From: Nitrosopumilaceae archaeon
Lineage (GTDB): Archaea; Thermoproteota; Nitrososphaeria; Nitrososphaerales; Nitrosopumilaceae
Reading direction: 5' to 3'
NCBI GenBank assembly: GCA_965203465.1
Contig: CBDBCR010000002.1
Span: 1-64,000, forward strand
Length of the DNA stretch: 64,000 nucleotides
A program made the position numbers and the translations under genes. Positions 47,551-57,515 of this stretch are shown piece after piece. Under the pieces are notes generated by a model that saw only the letters and a program-made list of their open reading frames with translations, was not told where the DNA came from and searched no databases. How positions within the stretch are numbered: position 1 is the stretch's first letter; each line of letters begins with the position of its first letter.

Positions 47551-48350
47551 CGCCGGCCCGGCAGCTCGAGCGGTTCCTGGCCGAGGACGCCGGCCGCGGC
47601 GACGTGACCGGCGCGCTGGTTCCGCGCGGCCGCGCGCGCGCCCGAATAATCTCGCGCGAGGCCTGCACGGTCTCGGGGACGCGGCACGCGCGATCCCTGT
47701 TCGCTCTGCGCCGGTGCTCGTCTTCTGCCCGCGTCCGGGACGGGGCGCGCGCGGGGCCCGGCTCCGAGATCATGCGGGTGTCGGGCGAGGCGCGCGACAT
47801 ACTGGCCTGCGAGCGCACCGCGCTCAACCTTCTGTCGCGCATGTGCGGAATAGCCACGGGGGCGCGGCGCATGAAGTCCCTGATGCCGCGCTCGGTGCAG
47901 CTGCTCGCCACGCGCAAGACCGCGCCGGGCCTGAGGCACTTTGACAAGGAGGCGGTGGTGGCCGGCGGGGGCGGCGCGCACCGGATGGACCTGTGCGACG
48001 GCGTGCTCATAAAGGACAACCACATCGCGGCCGGCCCGCCCGTGGAGCACATGGTGCGACGCGTGCGCGGGCGGGCGCAGGTCGAGGTCGAATCCGTCTC
48101 CGAGGCCGTCAGGGCGGCAGAGGCGGGCGCGCGCGCACTGCTCATAGACAACCGCACGCCGGGGCAGGCCTCCCGCATAGTGCGCAGGCTCTCGGAGCTG
48201 GGCCTGCGCCGCGGCCTGTTCATCGAGGCCTCCGGGGGCATCACGGAGCGCAACGTGGCGCGGTACTCGCGCTCGGGCGTGGACGCGGTGTCGTCTGGCG
48301 CGCTGACCGCCTCTGCCAAATCGGCCGACCTGAGCCTCGAGATGTACTGA
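47547..48350 (+). CDS. nadC: nicotinate-nucleotide pyrophosphorylase
   Basis: ERTALN, TRKTAPG, HRMDL, LIKDNH, EASGGI. Confidence 0.94.
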   Translation: MTPARQLERFLAEDAGRGDVTGALVPRGRARARIISREACTVSGTRHARSLFALRRCSSSARVRDGARAGPGSEIMRVSGEARDILACERTALNLLSRMCGIATGARRMKSLMPRSVQLLATRKTAPGLRHFDKEAVVAGGGGAHRMDLCDGVLIKDNHIAAGPPVEHMVRRVRGRAQVEVESVSEAVRAAEAGARALLIDNRTPGQASRIVRRLSELGLRRGLFIEASGGITERNVARYSRSGVDAVSSGALTASAKSADLSLEMY

Positions 48351-48466
48351 GCCATCTTCTGCCCGCGGCAGGCTGGGCGCCCCGGCGGCCTTTGCCGCGC
48401 GCCCGCGCCGCCTTTGCCACGTGGCCGTCTTTTGGGCTCCGCGCAACCTTTATTCGGCCGCCGAAT

Positions 48467-49693
48467 ATGCCGGGTGCCGTGTCTTTCGAGCGCGAAGTGG
48501 AGCTGGAGGGGCACCTGGTAGACTCGCTGATACTGACGCGCGTGTTCGAGGCCATAATCGAGGCCGGCGCCGACTTTGAGGTGCGCGAAATACGGATAGG
48601 CAGGCGCAAGTCCGACCCTTCGTACGCGCGCCTGTCGGTGCGCGCCGGCACGCGCGAAAAGCTCGACGGCATCATATACGCGGTCTCGCGCGAGGGCGCC
48701 GTCCCGTCGGATCACGGCGAGGCGGCCTTGGAGCCGGCCCCCCGCGACATGGTGCTGCCGGACGGGTTTTACAGCACCACCAACAACCGCACCTACGTCT
48801 TCGTGCGCGGACGTTGGCTGGAGGTGAAGGACATGATGATGGACAAGTGCGTGGTGGTCTCGGGGCGCCGGGCCAGGTGCGCGCCCATACGCGAAGTGCG
48901 CCGGGGCGACATGGTGGTGGTAGGCGAGGCGGGCGTGCGCGTCTCGCCGCCCGAAAGGCCGCGCGAGGCCGGCGGGGTGTTCGAGTTCATGTCCAGCAGC
49001 AGCTCCAGCGAGCGGCCCACGCGCCGGCTGGCGGCCAGGGTCGCGCGCGACATGGCCGAGATCGCGCGCGCCGGCGGGCGCATAGTGCTCGTCGGGGGCC
49101 CGGCCATAGTGCACACGGGGGCCGCCCCCTGCGTGGCCTCGATGGTGAAATCGGGCTACATACACGGGGTGCTGGCCGGCAACGCGCTGGCGGTCCACGA
49201 TGTCGAGCGCGCCCTCATGGGGACCTCGCTCGGCATGAACGTGCTGGACGGCACGCTGGCCCCGCACGGCCACCGCCACCACATGTACGCCATAAACGAG
49301 GTGTTCCGGGCGGGCTCCATACCGAAACTGGTTCGCTCGGGAAAGCTGCGCTCCGGAATAATGTACGAGTGCGTGCGCAAAAAGGTGCCATTCGTGCTGG
49401 CCCCCTCGATAAGGGACGACGGGCCGCTTCCCGACGTCGTGACGGAGATAACAGAGGCGCAGCGCCGCTACAAAAAGGTGCTAAAGGGCGCCTCGATGGT
49501 GCTGATGGTCTCGACGATGCTCCATTCCATAGCGGTCGGCAACATGATCCCGGCCGATGTCAAGGTGGTGGTCATAGACATCAACCAGCCCACGGTCACG
49601 AAGCTGATGGACCGGGGCACGTGGCAGGCGCTCGGCGTGGTCACCGACGCGGGCGCGTTCTTGCCGGCCGTCGCAGAAGAGCTCGGCTGCTAG
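48467..49693 (+). CDS. TIGR00300-type protein (LOR/SDH-like, ornithine cyclodeaminase-related)
   Basis: ELEGHLVDS, PDGFYSTTN, GPAIVHTG, GNALAVHDVE, SIRDDGPLP, MLHSIAVGN. Confidence 0.88.
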   Translation: MPGAVSFEREVELEGHLVDSLILTRVFEAIIEAGADFEVREIRIGRRKSDPSYARLSVRAGTREKLDGIIYAVSREGAVPSDHGEAALEPAPRDMVLPDGFYSTTNNRTYVFVRGRWLEVKDMMMDKCVVVSGRRARCAPIREVRRGDMVVVGEAGVRVSPPERPREAGGVFEFMSSSSSSERPTRRLAARVARDMAEIARAGGRIVLVGGPAIVHTGAAPCVASMVKSGYIHGVLAGNALAVHDVERALMGTSLGMNVLDGTLAPHGHRHHMYAINEVFRAGSIPKLVRSGKLRSGIMYECVRKKVPFVLAPSIRDDGPLPDVVTEITEAQRRYKKVLKGASMVLMVSTMLHSIAVGNMIPADVKVVVIDINQPTVTKLMDRGTWQALGVVTDAGAFLPAVAEELGC

Positions 49694-51057
49694 AGTGAGC
49701 GGCGCAGGATTTCCAGCACCCTGGCCGGATCTGCCCTGCCGCCGCACCCCGACATGACCTTGCCGACCAGGTAGTTTACCGCCTTTGGGTTTTTGCGCGC
49801 CTCCTCGAGCGCCCCCGGCTCGCTTTCCAGGACGCGGCGCACGGCCTCCTCGGTCTCGGAGGCGCCCATGCCGCCAAGCTCCATCCTGGCCGAGATCTGC
49901 TCTAGGCTCTGGCCCGTCCTGGCGGACTCTTGGAGGGCCGTGCGGGCGGCCGAGCGCGTCATCGTCCCGTCCAGCACCGCGCCGGCTATCCTGGCCAGGT
50001 TGGCCGCGCCGATGCAGCTGCGCGAGCCGGCCACATCGGTGGCCACCATGTTGGCAAGCTCTACGTCTATGCGCCCGTCGCGCGCCTCGTCGAACAGGCG
50101 CGAGCGGCGCGGGTCGGTCGCTATGACGTCGGCCACCTGCGCCGAGATCCCGTAGCCGAGGTACCTCTTCCGCCTCTGGGAGACGCCCTCGGGCATCCGG
50201 CCGCGTATCTCATCGACGGCCCCCGCGGGCAGCGCTATCCACGGAATGTCGCCCTCCAGAAAGTAACGATAGTCCCCTTCGCCTTCCTTGGCGCGCGAGG
50301 GGACCGTCACCCTGCGGCGCTCGTCCCAGTGGCGCGTCTCTTGGACTATCTCCATGCCGCGCGAGGCCAGGCTCTCCTGGCGGGTGATCTCGTACTCTAG
50401 CGCCTTTTCCAAGTCGTGGAAGGAACTCACGTTCTTCACCTCCACGCGCGCGTCCGAGACAGAGACGTTGCCGTCTGCGCGCACGGCCCCCTCCATGCCG
50501 GGCTCGGATATGTTCAGGTTTTCGAGCGTGTCCGAGAGCATGTTCAGAAAGGCGCGCACGCGCGCCGGCCCGTCAAAGTCCGGCTCCGTGACTATCTCCA
50601 CCAGGGCGGTGCCGGCCCTGTTGTAGTCTGCCAGCGTCATGGCCGTCCTCTCCGAGGCGCCCTCGTACACCAGCCTGCCCGGATCTTCCTCGAGCTGGAC
50701 GCGCCGTATGCGTATGTCCGAATCACCGACCCGGACGGTGCCGCCGGACCCGACGCTGGTCTGGCCGTACGCGTCAAGCTGGGTTATCTGGTAGTTTTTG
50801 GGCAGATCGGGGTAAAAGTAGTTCTTGCGGAAGAACGCGATGCGCGGCGGAACGGAGCAGCCCATCGCCGAGGCCACCGAGACCGCCGCGCGCACGGCGC
50901 CGGCGTTGGGCATCGGGAGGGCGCCGGGCAGGCCCAAGCAGACGGGGCAGACGTTGGTGTTGGGAGCCATGCCGCGGTAGTCTGCCCTGCACGGGCAGAA
51001 CAGCTTGCTGTTGAGCAGGGCAAGCTGGCAGTGTATCTCCAGGCCTATGCGGCTCAT
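49690..51057 (-). CDS. gatB: Asp/Glu-tRNA amidotransferase subunit B
   Basis: IGLEIHCQL, RKNYFYPDLPKNYQI, DYNRAG..LVEIVTEP. Confidence 0.96.
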   Translation of the reverse strand: MSRIGLEIHCQLALLNSKLFCPCRADYRGMAPNTNVCPVCLGLPGALPMPNAGAVRAAVSVASAMGCSVPPRIAFFRKNYFYPDLPKNYQITQLDAYGQTSVGSGGTVRVGDSDIRIRRVQLEEDPGRLVYEGASERTAMTLADYNRAGTALVEIVTEPDFDGPARVRAFLNMLSDTLENLNISEPGMEGAVRADGNVSVSDARVEVKNVSSFHDLEKALEYEITRQESLASRGMEIVQETRHWDERRRVTVPSRAKEGEGDYRYFLEGDIPWIALPAGAVDEIRGRMPEGVSQRRKRYLGYGISAQVADVIATDPRRSRLFDEARDGRIDVELANMVATDVAGSRSCIGAANLARIAGAVLDGTMTRSAARTALQESARTGQSLEQISARMELGGMGASETEEAVRRVLESEPGALEEARKNPKAVNYLVGKVMSGCGGRADPARVLEILRRSL

Positions 51058-52469
51058 CCGGGCACCTCCGGGAACCGAGCGCGCAGCTCCAGGGCGCGCC
51101 CGGCGCGCAGCACGCCGGCGTCGTCGCCGCCCTTTCCAGATATCTGGATTCCGACGGGCAGCCCGCCGCAGACCGAATACGGCACCGAGACCGCCGGGGT
51201 TCCCGACAGGTTGGCCGTGACGGTGTTGGCGTCGAGCTTGAAGAGCGTGACCGGCTCGTCTATCTTTTCGCCTATCCTGAAAGGCGGCACGGGGACGGTC
51301 GGCGAGATCATGTAGTCGACGCGCCCGAACGCCTCCTCCACCTCCCTCTCGAGGCGGTGCTTTACCTTGAGCGCCTTGAGAAAGTACTTTCCGGCGTGGC
51401 CGGCCGACGGGACGAAGCCCCCGAGTATCATCCTGCGCGTGACCTCGGGGCCGAACCGCGCGCGCGCCCTCGAGACGTACGCGTTGAACTCGTATCCTTC
51501 CAGCGGCATCTCGTAGCCGTACCTGACGTTGTCGAACCTTGCCAAGTTGCTGCCCGCCTCGGTCGAGGTGATCACGTAATAGGCCGCCACCGAATACTCT
51601 ATCATGGACAGCGATATCTCGGCGAATTCGGCGCCGGCAGCTTCCAGATCCGAGACGGCGGATCCCAGCGCGCGCGCGACGCAGGGGTCGGCGCCGCCCA
51701 TCTCCTTTACGACGCCGAACTTCTTGCCCTCCACGCCGTCCTCTACGCCCTCCAGGGTAGCCGGCGCGGCGCGCGAGGTGGGATCGCGCGGATCGGCCCC
51801 GGATATGGCGTCGAATACCCAGGCGGCGTCCCTGACGGTGCGCGCCATGGGGCCTATCTGCTCTATGCTGTTGGCGTACGGGACTAGGCCGTACCTGCTG
51901 ACGGCCCCGTAGGTGGGCTTGAAGCCGACCACGCCGCAAAAGCTGGCTGGATTCCGGACCGAGCCTCCCGTGTCCGAGCCGAGCGAGGCGCAGCACTGTA
52001 GCGCGGCAAGCGCCGCGGCGGCCCCGCCCGAGGAGCCGCCCGGGACGTATTCGAGGTTCCAAGGGTTGAGCGTGGGCCCGTAGGCGCTGAACTCGGTGGT
52101 GATGCCCATGGCGAACTCGTCCATGTTGGTCTTGCCCACCACAACCGCGTCCTGCGCCTCGAGGCGCTCGACCGCGGTCGCGGCTAACGGTGAGACGTAC
52201 CCCTCTAGCATCTTGGAGGCGCACGTGGTGGGCATGTTTGAGGTGCATATGTTGTCCTTTACCGAGACGGGCATGCCGCAGAACTGCCCCTTTCTTTCCT
52301 TTTTGTCGACGGCGCGCGCGCGCTCGACGGCCGACTCGTCTATGTGAAGGTACGCGTGTATCCTGCTGGAGCGCGCGCGCTCGACGGTGGCGGCCACGAA
52401 CTCTTCTGCCGATATCGAGCCGTCGGCCACGCCGGCGGCGTACTGCTCGGCCGAGACGCGCAGGTCCAT
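51054..52469 (-). CDS. gatA: Asp/Glu-tRNA amidotransferase subunit A
   Basis: GKTNMDEFAMG, PGGSSGG, GSDTGGSVRNPA. Confidence 0.96.
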   Translation of the reverse strand: MDLRVSAEQYAAGVADGSISAEEFVAATVERARSSRIHAYLHIDESAVERARAVDKKERKGQFCGMPVSVKDNICTSNMPTTCASKMLEGYVSPLAATAVERLEAQDAVVVGKTNMDEFAMGITTEFSAYGPTLNPWNLEYVPGGSSGGAAAALAALQCCASLGSDTGGSVRNPASFCGVVGFKPTYGAVSRYGLVPYANSIEQIGPMARTVRDAAWVFDAISGADPRDPTSRAAPATLEGVEDGVEGKKFGVVKEMGGADPCVARALGSAVSDLEAAGAEFAEISLSMIEYSVAAYYVITSTEAGSNLARFDNVRYGYEMPLEGYEFNAYVSRARARFGPEVTRRMILGGFVPSAGHAGKYFLKALKVKHRLEREVEEAFGRVDYMISPTVPVPPFRIGEKIDEPVTLFKLDANTVTANLSGTPAVSVPYSVCGGLPVGIQISGKGGDDAGVLRAGRALELRARFPEVPG

Positions 52470-52470
52470 C

Positions 52471-52731
52471 TCAGATCTTGGGGGCCCTTACGTACCCGTC
52501 CCTGGCGTGGTGGAGCGCGACCGAAACGCCGGACTGGCGCGCCTCGTCCGGGCGCAGCTCTTCGAGGCCTATCTGGGGGGGACGGATCTCGTCTGATTCC
52601 ACGTCGGCCCTGTCGAGTATGTCAAAGTATTCGAGCATCTCCTTGACGCGCCCCGCGTGGACCGAGGCGTCGGGCACGTGGATCTTCATCAGCCTGGCGG
52701 CCGAGGCCACGTCGACGGCCGAGACAACCAT
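52471..52731 (-). CDS. gatC: Asp/Glu-tRNA amidotransferase subunit C
   Basis: A.LMKI, MLEYFDIL, LRPDE, YVRAPKI; upstream of gatA. Confidence 0.85.
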   Translation of the reverse strand: MVVSAVDVASAARLMKIHVPDASVHAGRVKEMLEYFDILDRADVESDEIRPPQIGLEELRPDEARQSGVSVALHHARDGYVRAPKI

Positions 52732-52780
52732 GGGCCCCGGCCCACTGCTGAATATATTTACCCTTGGCAGCGCGCGCGCC

Positions 52781-53521
52781 GTGGAACTGCTGTGGCTCGT
52801 GGGGCTCGGCGCCGCCGCCGGCGCGGTCGGCTCGGTGACCGGCCTCGGAGGGGGCATCGTGATGGTGCCGGCGCTGACCGCCGCCGGCGTGCCGCCGGTC
52901 GCGGCCGTGTCCAACAGCCTGTTCGCGGTGCTGGCAAGCGCGGCCGGCTCTAGCGCCGCGTACTGGAGGCAGCGCCGCGCAGAGTACGCCGCCGGCGTCC
53001 GCCTCGGCCTTGTCAGCGCGCCGGGGACCGTGGCCGGCGCTGTCGCCTCCTCCGAGGCCGCGCCGGCCGAGTTCAGGGTTCTGTTTGCCGCGCTGCTGGT
53101 CGCCTCGGGGGCGTACGTGCTGCTGCGACACCGCCTGAGGCCCTCGCGCGCCTCCGGCGCGCGCGCCGTCGCGGGCACCGCCGCTGCCAGCTTTGCCGCC
53201 GGCGCCGTCTCTGCGTTTTTCGGCGTCGGCGGCGGCGTGGTCTTCGTGCCGCTCCTGGTCGTGGCACTCGGCATGGATCTGCGGCGGGCCGCGCCCACCT
53301 CGCAGGTGATACTACTCTTTGCGGCCTCGTCGGGGGCAGCTGCCCACTACGCCATGGGTCACCCCGATGTCGTGGCGGCCGCGTACCTGTCGGCCGGGGC
53401 GCTGCTCGGGGGCTTTGCCGGCGCGGCGGCCTCGCGCGGGATAGGCGAGGGGCCGCTGCGCTGGGCGGTGGCCTGCTCTGTGTTCGCCGCTGCGGCCTCG
53501 ATGGCTTTTCTCAGGCCCTAG
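52781..53521 (+). CDS. TauE/SafE family sulfite exporter-like membrane protein
   Basis: two GLGGG/GVGGG...VP repeats; multi-TM. Confidence 0.9.
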   Translation: MELLWLVGLGAAAGAVGSVTGLGGGIVMVPALTAAGVPPVAAVSNSLFAVLASAAGSSAAYWRQRRAEYAAGVRLGLVSAPGTVAGAVASSEAAPAEFRVLFAALLVASGAYVLLRHRLRPSRASGARAVAGTAAASFAAGAVSAFFGVGGGVVFVPLLVVALGMDLRRAAPTSQVILLFAASSGAAAHYAMGHPDVVAAAYLSAGALLGGFAGAAASRGIGEGPLRWAVACSVFAAAASMAFLRP

Positions 53522-55232
53522 ACTCGTCGGGGCAAAAGACCACCTGCTGGGAGGATGCAGCCTGCGGCGAGAGCGCAAAGTCCAGCGCGCCGCAGGCGCC
53601 TGCCGGATCCGGCTCGGCGCCCGAGACCGAGCCGGGCAGCACCACGAAGAGCCGCGCGTCGGACTTTAGCACGTCGGACATCTCCTGGTTCACGGTCGCG
53701 GCCAGGGGGCGCAGGGCCCCGCGGAATACCTCGGCGTGGGCCCTCTTTGCGCCGCCCACCTTCCTGCCGGACGGAAGCGAGGGGCCCACTATGATCACGG
53801 GGCCGCCGGCCCCCCCGTACAGGCGCGGATCTGCCCCCCCGCCGGGCACCATGAACTCGAAGGACAGCCTAGCCACCGAGGCGGGCCTGTTTACGAACCT
53901 GTCCACCATGGCGTCCCACCGGCGGCGCCCCAATCCTACAAGCGATTCCACGTCGGGCACGTCGCCGGTCAGGTGAACCACCGCTGCGACCTTTCCCCTC
54001 TTGGAAGAGGCCGTCGAGAGCCAGCGCGGCACATCGTCGAGGGGCGTCCGGTGGCTGTGGAATCCGTCGAGGCCGTCGCCCGCTTCCGGGGAGATCAGCA
54101 CGACTTCGCCGCCGCCGCACTCTTGCACGTGGGAGGCGAGCTTGCCGGCCGCCGCGCGCGCCTCGGGCGCGTCCACTGTTATGACGACGGATCTGCCGGC
54201 AAGGTCGGGGCGGTGCGCGCCGGGGGGGCCGGCCCCCACGTGCGGCTTTACGGGGTAAAAGACCCTGTCGCCGGGTATGACCTTGCCGTTGAGCATCTGC
54301 GACATTTTTTCGCCGCACAGGTTCAGGACCATCTCGGCCACCTGGTCCTGCGAGAGAAACTGCCTGTCTGCTATCATGTGCGAGGTGTTCGCCTGTATCT
54401 TTTCGGCTATGGACGATATCTTTTCGAGCATGCGCGAGAGGGCTTTGGCGCCGATGCCGGTGTTTTGCGCGGCGGAGCCGAGGCCCTCCGAGACCGCCTC
54501 CTCGTCCTCGCCCAGCAGGGGCAGTATCAGTGGGCAGGCTTCGGCCACGCGGGACGGCTCAAGTTCCTCAAAGCCGCCCACGCGCAGAAACTCGGCGGCC
54601 GCTTTCGGATAAACCGTCTTGTATATGCGATCCGAGTGGACGGGGCCGGGGTTGGTCGCTATCGAGGCGATGCCGCGGCCGGCAAGGTCCCACGAGAGCG
54701 CCTCTGCTAGGCGGTTCTTTGCGCCTTGGGCTGCGGTGTACGGCGAGCGGAACCTGTAGGGGCGCTGCTCGAGGGGCCGCTCCTCGGTGAAAAAGGTGGA
54801 TATCGTTATTATCTTGCCGCCTTTTGCCATGGCGGACAGGCCGCGCGCCGATACCCAGAACGTGCCTGTCAGGTGTATGGACACGGCGCTCTCGAATTCC
54901 TCGCGGCTGCCGCCGGCAAAGCACCTGACCGGCCCCGAGACGCCGGCGTTGTTTACAATGTAGTCTATTTTGCGCTCTTTTTCCAGCTCTGCGAACATCG
55001 CGTTGACCGCGCCCTCGTCGCTCACGTCGGTGCCGTCGAATATGCGGACCGAGGCGCCCGAGCCGGCGTCCTTGATTATGCTTTCCAGCTCGGAGGCGGC
55101 CTCTTCGAGCGGCCCGCGCCGCCTGCCCATTATGACCAGGCTTGCGCCCTCGGCGGCGAACCTCTTGGCGATGGCAAGGCCTATGCCGGTGCCGCTGCCC
55201 GTGATCAGGGCCGTCTTGGATTCGAACCGCAA
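53511..55232 (-). CDS. long two-domain SDR oxidoreductase
   Basis: ITGSGTGIG, NNAGVSGP, atypical YTAAQGAK, NPGPVHSDRI; second degenerate Rossmann domain. Confidence 0.88.
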   Translation of the reverse strand: MRFESKTALITGSGTGIGLAIAKRFAAEGASLVIMGRRRGPLEEAASELESIIKDAGSGASVRIFDGTDVSDEGAVNAMFAELEKERKIDYIVNNAGVSGPVRCFAGGSREEFESAVSIHLTGTFWVSARGLSAMAKGGKIITISTFFTEERPLEQRPYRFRSPYTAAQGAKNRLAEALSWDLAGRGIASIATNPGPVHSDRIYKTVYPKAAAEFLRVGGFEELEPSRVAEACPLILPLLGEDEEAVSEGLGSAAQNTGIGAKALSRMLEKISSIAEKIQANTSHMIADRQFLSQDQVAEMVLNLCGEKMSQMLNGKVIPGDRVFYPVKPHVGAGPPGAHRPDLAGRSVVITVDAPEARAAAGKLASHVQECGGGEVVLISPEAGDGLDGFHSHRTPLDDVPRWLSTASSKRGKVAAVVHLTGDVPDVESLVGLGRRRWDAMVDRFVNRPASVARLSFEFMVPGGGADPRLYGGAGGPVIIVGPSLPSGRKVGGAKRAHAEVFRGALRPLAATVNQEMSDVLKSDARLFVVLPGSVSGAEPDPAGACGALDFALSPQAASSQQVVFCPDESRA

Positions 55233-55259
55233 CCTGAGCGCGCCGCGCGGCGGCCGTAT

Positions 55260-55808
55260 TTATCTATACACGCGCTCGTCGGTGACCACCGCGTCCATGC
55301 GGGCGTCGTGGGGCTCGCGCGGCACCGACTTTACCACCTGCTGCTGGGCGCAGACGGCTATGCTGAACGCGCCGCTGCCTTCGAGGTGCCTGTCGTAAAA
55401 GCCGCGCCCGTACCCCAGCCTGTACAGATCCGGCGAGGCGCAGACTGCCGGGACTAGGACGGCGCCGGGCTCGGCCGGCGGGCAGGTTTCCTTGGGCTCC
55501 ATGGTGCCGAGCCTGCCGCGCTCTAGGTCAGCAAAGCCGGCTATGGCCCTGAAATCCAGGGCGTCGCCGTCGATGCGCGGCAGGCAGACGCGCGCGCCCG
55601 CCGCAAGGGCGTCCTGTATCATCTTCTGGGTGCGGACTTCGCTGCCTATTGGATAGTACGCGCCCAGCGTCGGGGCGCCGGCAAACTCGGGGACGCGGCG
55701 CAGGGCGCTCCGTATCCGCTCTGAGCATATCCGTACCATGTCGTCCGAGAGCGCGTCGCGCCTCTCCAGCATGGTCTTGCGGAGGGCCGCCTTGCGCTCA
55801 TCGGCCAA
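55260..55808 (-). CDS. 5-formyltetrahydrofolate cyclo-ligase
   Basis: K.ALR, SEV.T, RLGYGRGFYDR, EPHD..MD.VVT. Confidence 0.92.
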   Translation of the reverse strand: MADERKAALRKTMLERRDALSDDMVRICSERIRSALRRVPEFAGAPTLGAYYPIGSEVRTQKMIQDALAAGARVCLPRIDGDALDFRAIAGFADLERGRLGTMEPKETCPPAEPGAVLVPAVCASPDLYRLGYGRGFYDRHLEGSGAFSIAVCAQQQVVKSVPREPHDARMDAVVTDERVYR

Positions 55809-56655
55809 GGCGGCTCAGCGAGGCGGCGGTCACCGTGTTCTTCAGCAGCATGGCGACTGTCATGGGCCCGACGCCGCCGGGCACCGGGGTGACAAGCGAC
55901 GCATTTTGGGCGACCGAATCGTAGTCGGCGTCCCCGCACAGCCCGCCGTCCAGGCGCGATATGGCCACGTCGATGACGGCCGCGCCCTTCTTTACCATAT
56001 CGCCGGTCAGCGTGAACTTTTCCCTGTTGCCCACGGCGCTCACCAGCACGTCGGCCCTCCTGCAGATCTCCTCCAGGTTCACAGTCTTTGAGTGGCAGAG
56101 CGTGACCGTGGCGTCCTGCGCGAGCATCAGGTGGGCCAGCGGTATGCCGACCAGCCTGCTGCGGTTTATTATCACAACGTCGCTGCCGCGCAGTTTTACG
56201 CCGTGGTGCCCGAGTATCTCCATTACCCCGAGGGGCGTGCAGGGGATCAGCGGCGCCCTGCCCGAGGCGAGCAGGCCGGCGTTGTGCGGGGTCAGCCCGT
56301 CTACGTCCTTTAGCGGGGAGACTGCCGCCGCGGCCCTGTCCCCGTCGAGGCCGGCGGGCAGCGGCATCTGCACCAGTATTCCGTGGACCGACGGATCCTG
56401 GTTTAGCTCAGACACCAGTTGGTCTATGCGGGACTGCGGTGTGCCAGCCTCAAGGCGGTGGTCGCGCGTGTCTATCCCGGCCTCTGCGCACGCCCTGTGC
56501 TTGTTGCGCACGTACGTGGCCGAGGCCCCGTCGTCCCCGACAAGGACGGTGGCAAGGCAGGGCAACGTCCCCTGCGACTTTAGCTCGGCCACGGCGGCCG
56601 AGACCGTCTGGCGCACCGAGGCCGCGATGGCCTTGCCGTCCACTCTTGTCGCCAA
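55798..56655 (-). CDS. folD: bifunctional methylene-THF dehydrogenase/cyclohydrolase
   Basis: YVRNK, GILVQMPLP, KDVDGL, PCTPLG, TPVPGGVGPMT. Confidence 0.96.
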   Translation of the reverse strand: MATRVDGKAIAASVRQTVSAAVAELKSQGTLPCLATVLVGDDGASATYVRNKHRACAEAGIDTRDHRLEAGTPQSRIDQLVSELNQDPSVHGILVQMPLPAGLDGDRAAAAVSPLKDVDGLTPHNAGLLASGRAPLIPCTPLGVMEILGHHGVKLRGSDVVIINRSRLVGIPLAHLMLAQDATVTLCHSKTVNLEEICRRADVLVSAVGNREKFTLTGDMVKKGAAVIDVAISRLDGGLCGDADYDSVAQNASLVTPVPGGVGPMTVAMLLKNTVTAASLSRLGR

Positions 56656-56810
56656 CGGCCGGCGGCGGCCGCTTCTGCATATTTAACCGTGCGCGCGAGG
56701 CGACGCCAATCTGAACCCGCACCATCGGTCGGAGGGTGGTTGCCAAGAGCCCATGCTTGATTCTGTCACTGATACCAGTTTTGTCTTATGACAAACTAGT
56801 TATATGGCGG

Positions 56811-57515
56811 ATGTGGTATCAGCTCCATGTCATAATCGACCCGCCAGTCTCGGGCAAAGATCTGATCGGCAGGGAGCGTGACATGGAGAACCTGTGGGAT
56901 GAGGCAGAGAACGGGAGCGTCCTGTTGATCTCGCCTAGGTGCTTTGGCAAGACTATAACACCACGCCAAAACAATTTCCCTCTTGTACTTCGGGCGTAGG
57001 CTAGGGTGGAGGGAAATACATCTGAGTGGTGTTATAGCATGGTAACGGAGATGCAAAAGCGCCCCCGGGTCGGATATCGGGTGCTGTACGTGGACGTAGA
57101 GTACATGACCCGCCCGGACGATTTTGTGGTCGCGGTCATGGAAAAGGTCGGTATGATCGAATCCAGAATCCAGAAGTTGATTTCGTCATTTGCAAGTACA
57201 GTAAAAGGGTTCGAGGTTGCAGGCGCCAAACTTCAACTGCGCGAGCATGTCCGCAAAGACTGGAAACGCTAGGGCGACGAGATCTTTCAGAGCTTGTCGG
57301 AAGACGGCACGGACAAGCCGGTACTGGTGATTGACGAGTTGCCCACCATGATACTCCGCATGACGGACGACGTAAAAATGGCGCGCACGTTCCTGTATTG
57401 GTTCAGGCACGTGCGCAATTCCTACGGGATCAGGATGGCGGTCTGCGGATCGATAGGAATCGATGCAGTTGTAAGAAAGTGTAAAATCACAGAGTCGATA
57501 AACGATCTCAGGTGA
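56811..57515 (+). pseudogene. disrupted AAA+ ATPase gene
   Basis: PPVSGKDLIGRE, Walker A SPRCFGKT/S split by an insertion, in-frame TAG 57270-57272, Walker B VIDELP, CGSIG; truncated after ESINDL. Confidence 0.85.
56956..57034. mobile_element. 79-bp MITE, IS630/Tc1-like (TA duplication at CTAG)
   Basis: ends TAACACCAC...ATTTCCCTC / GAGGGAAAT...GTGGTGTTA; TA at 56954-55 and 57035-36; removal restores AAG ACT AGC (K-T-S). Confidence 0.85.

Noticed and set aside
57270-57272. In-frame TAG as possible pyrrolysine/recoding
   Set aside because: The gene is also broken by a MITE and truncated, and TAG is a common true stop in this window.
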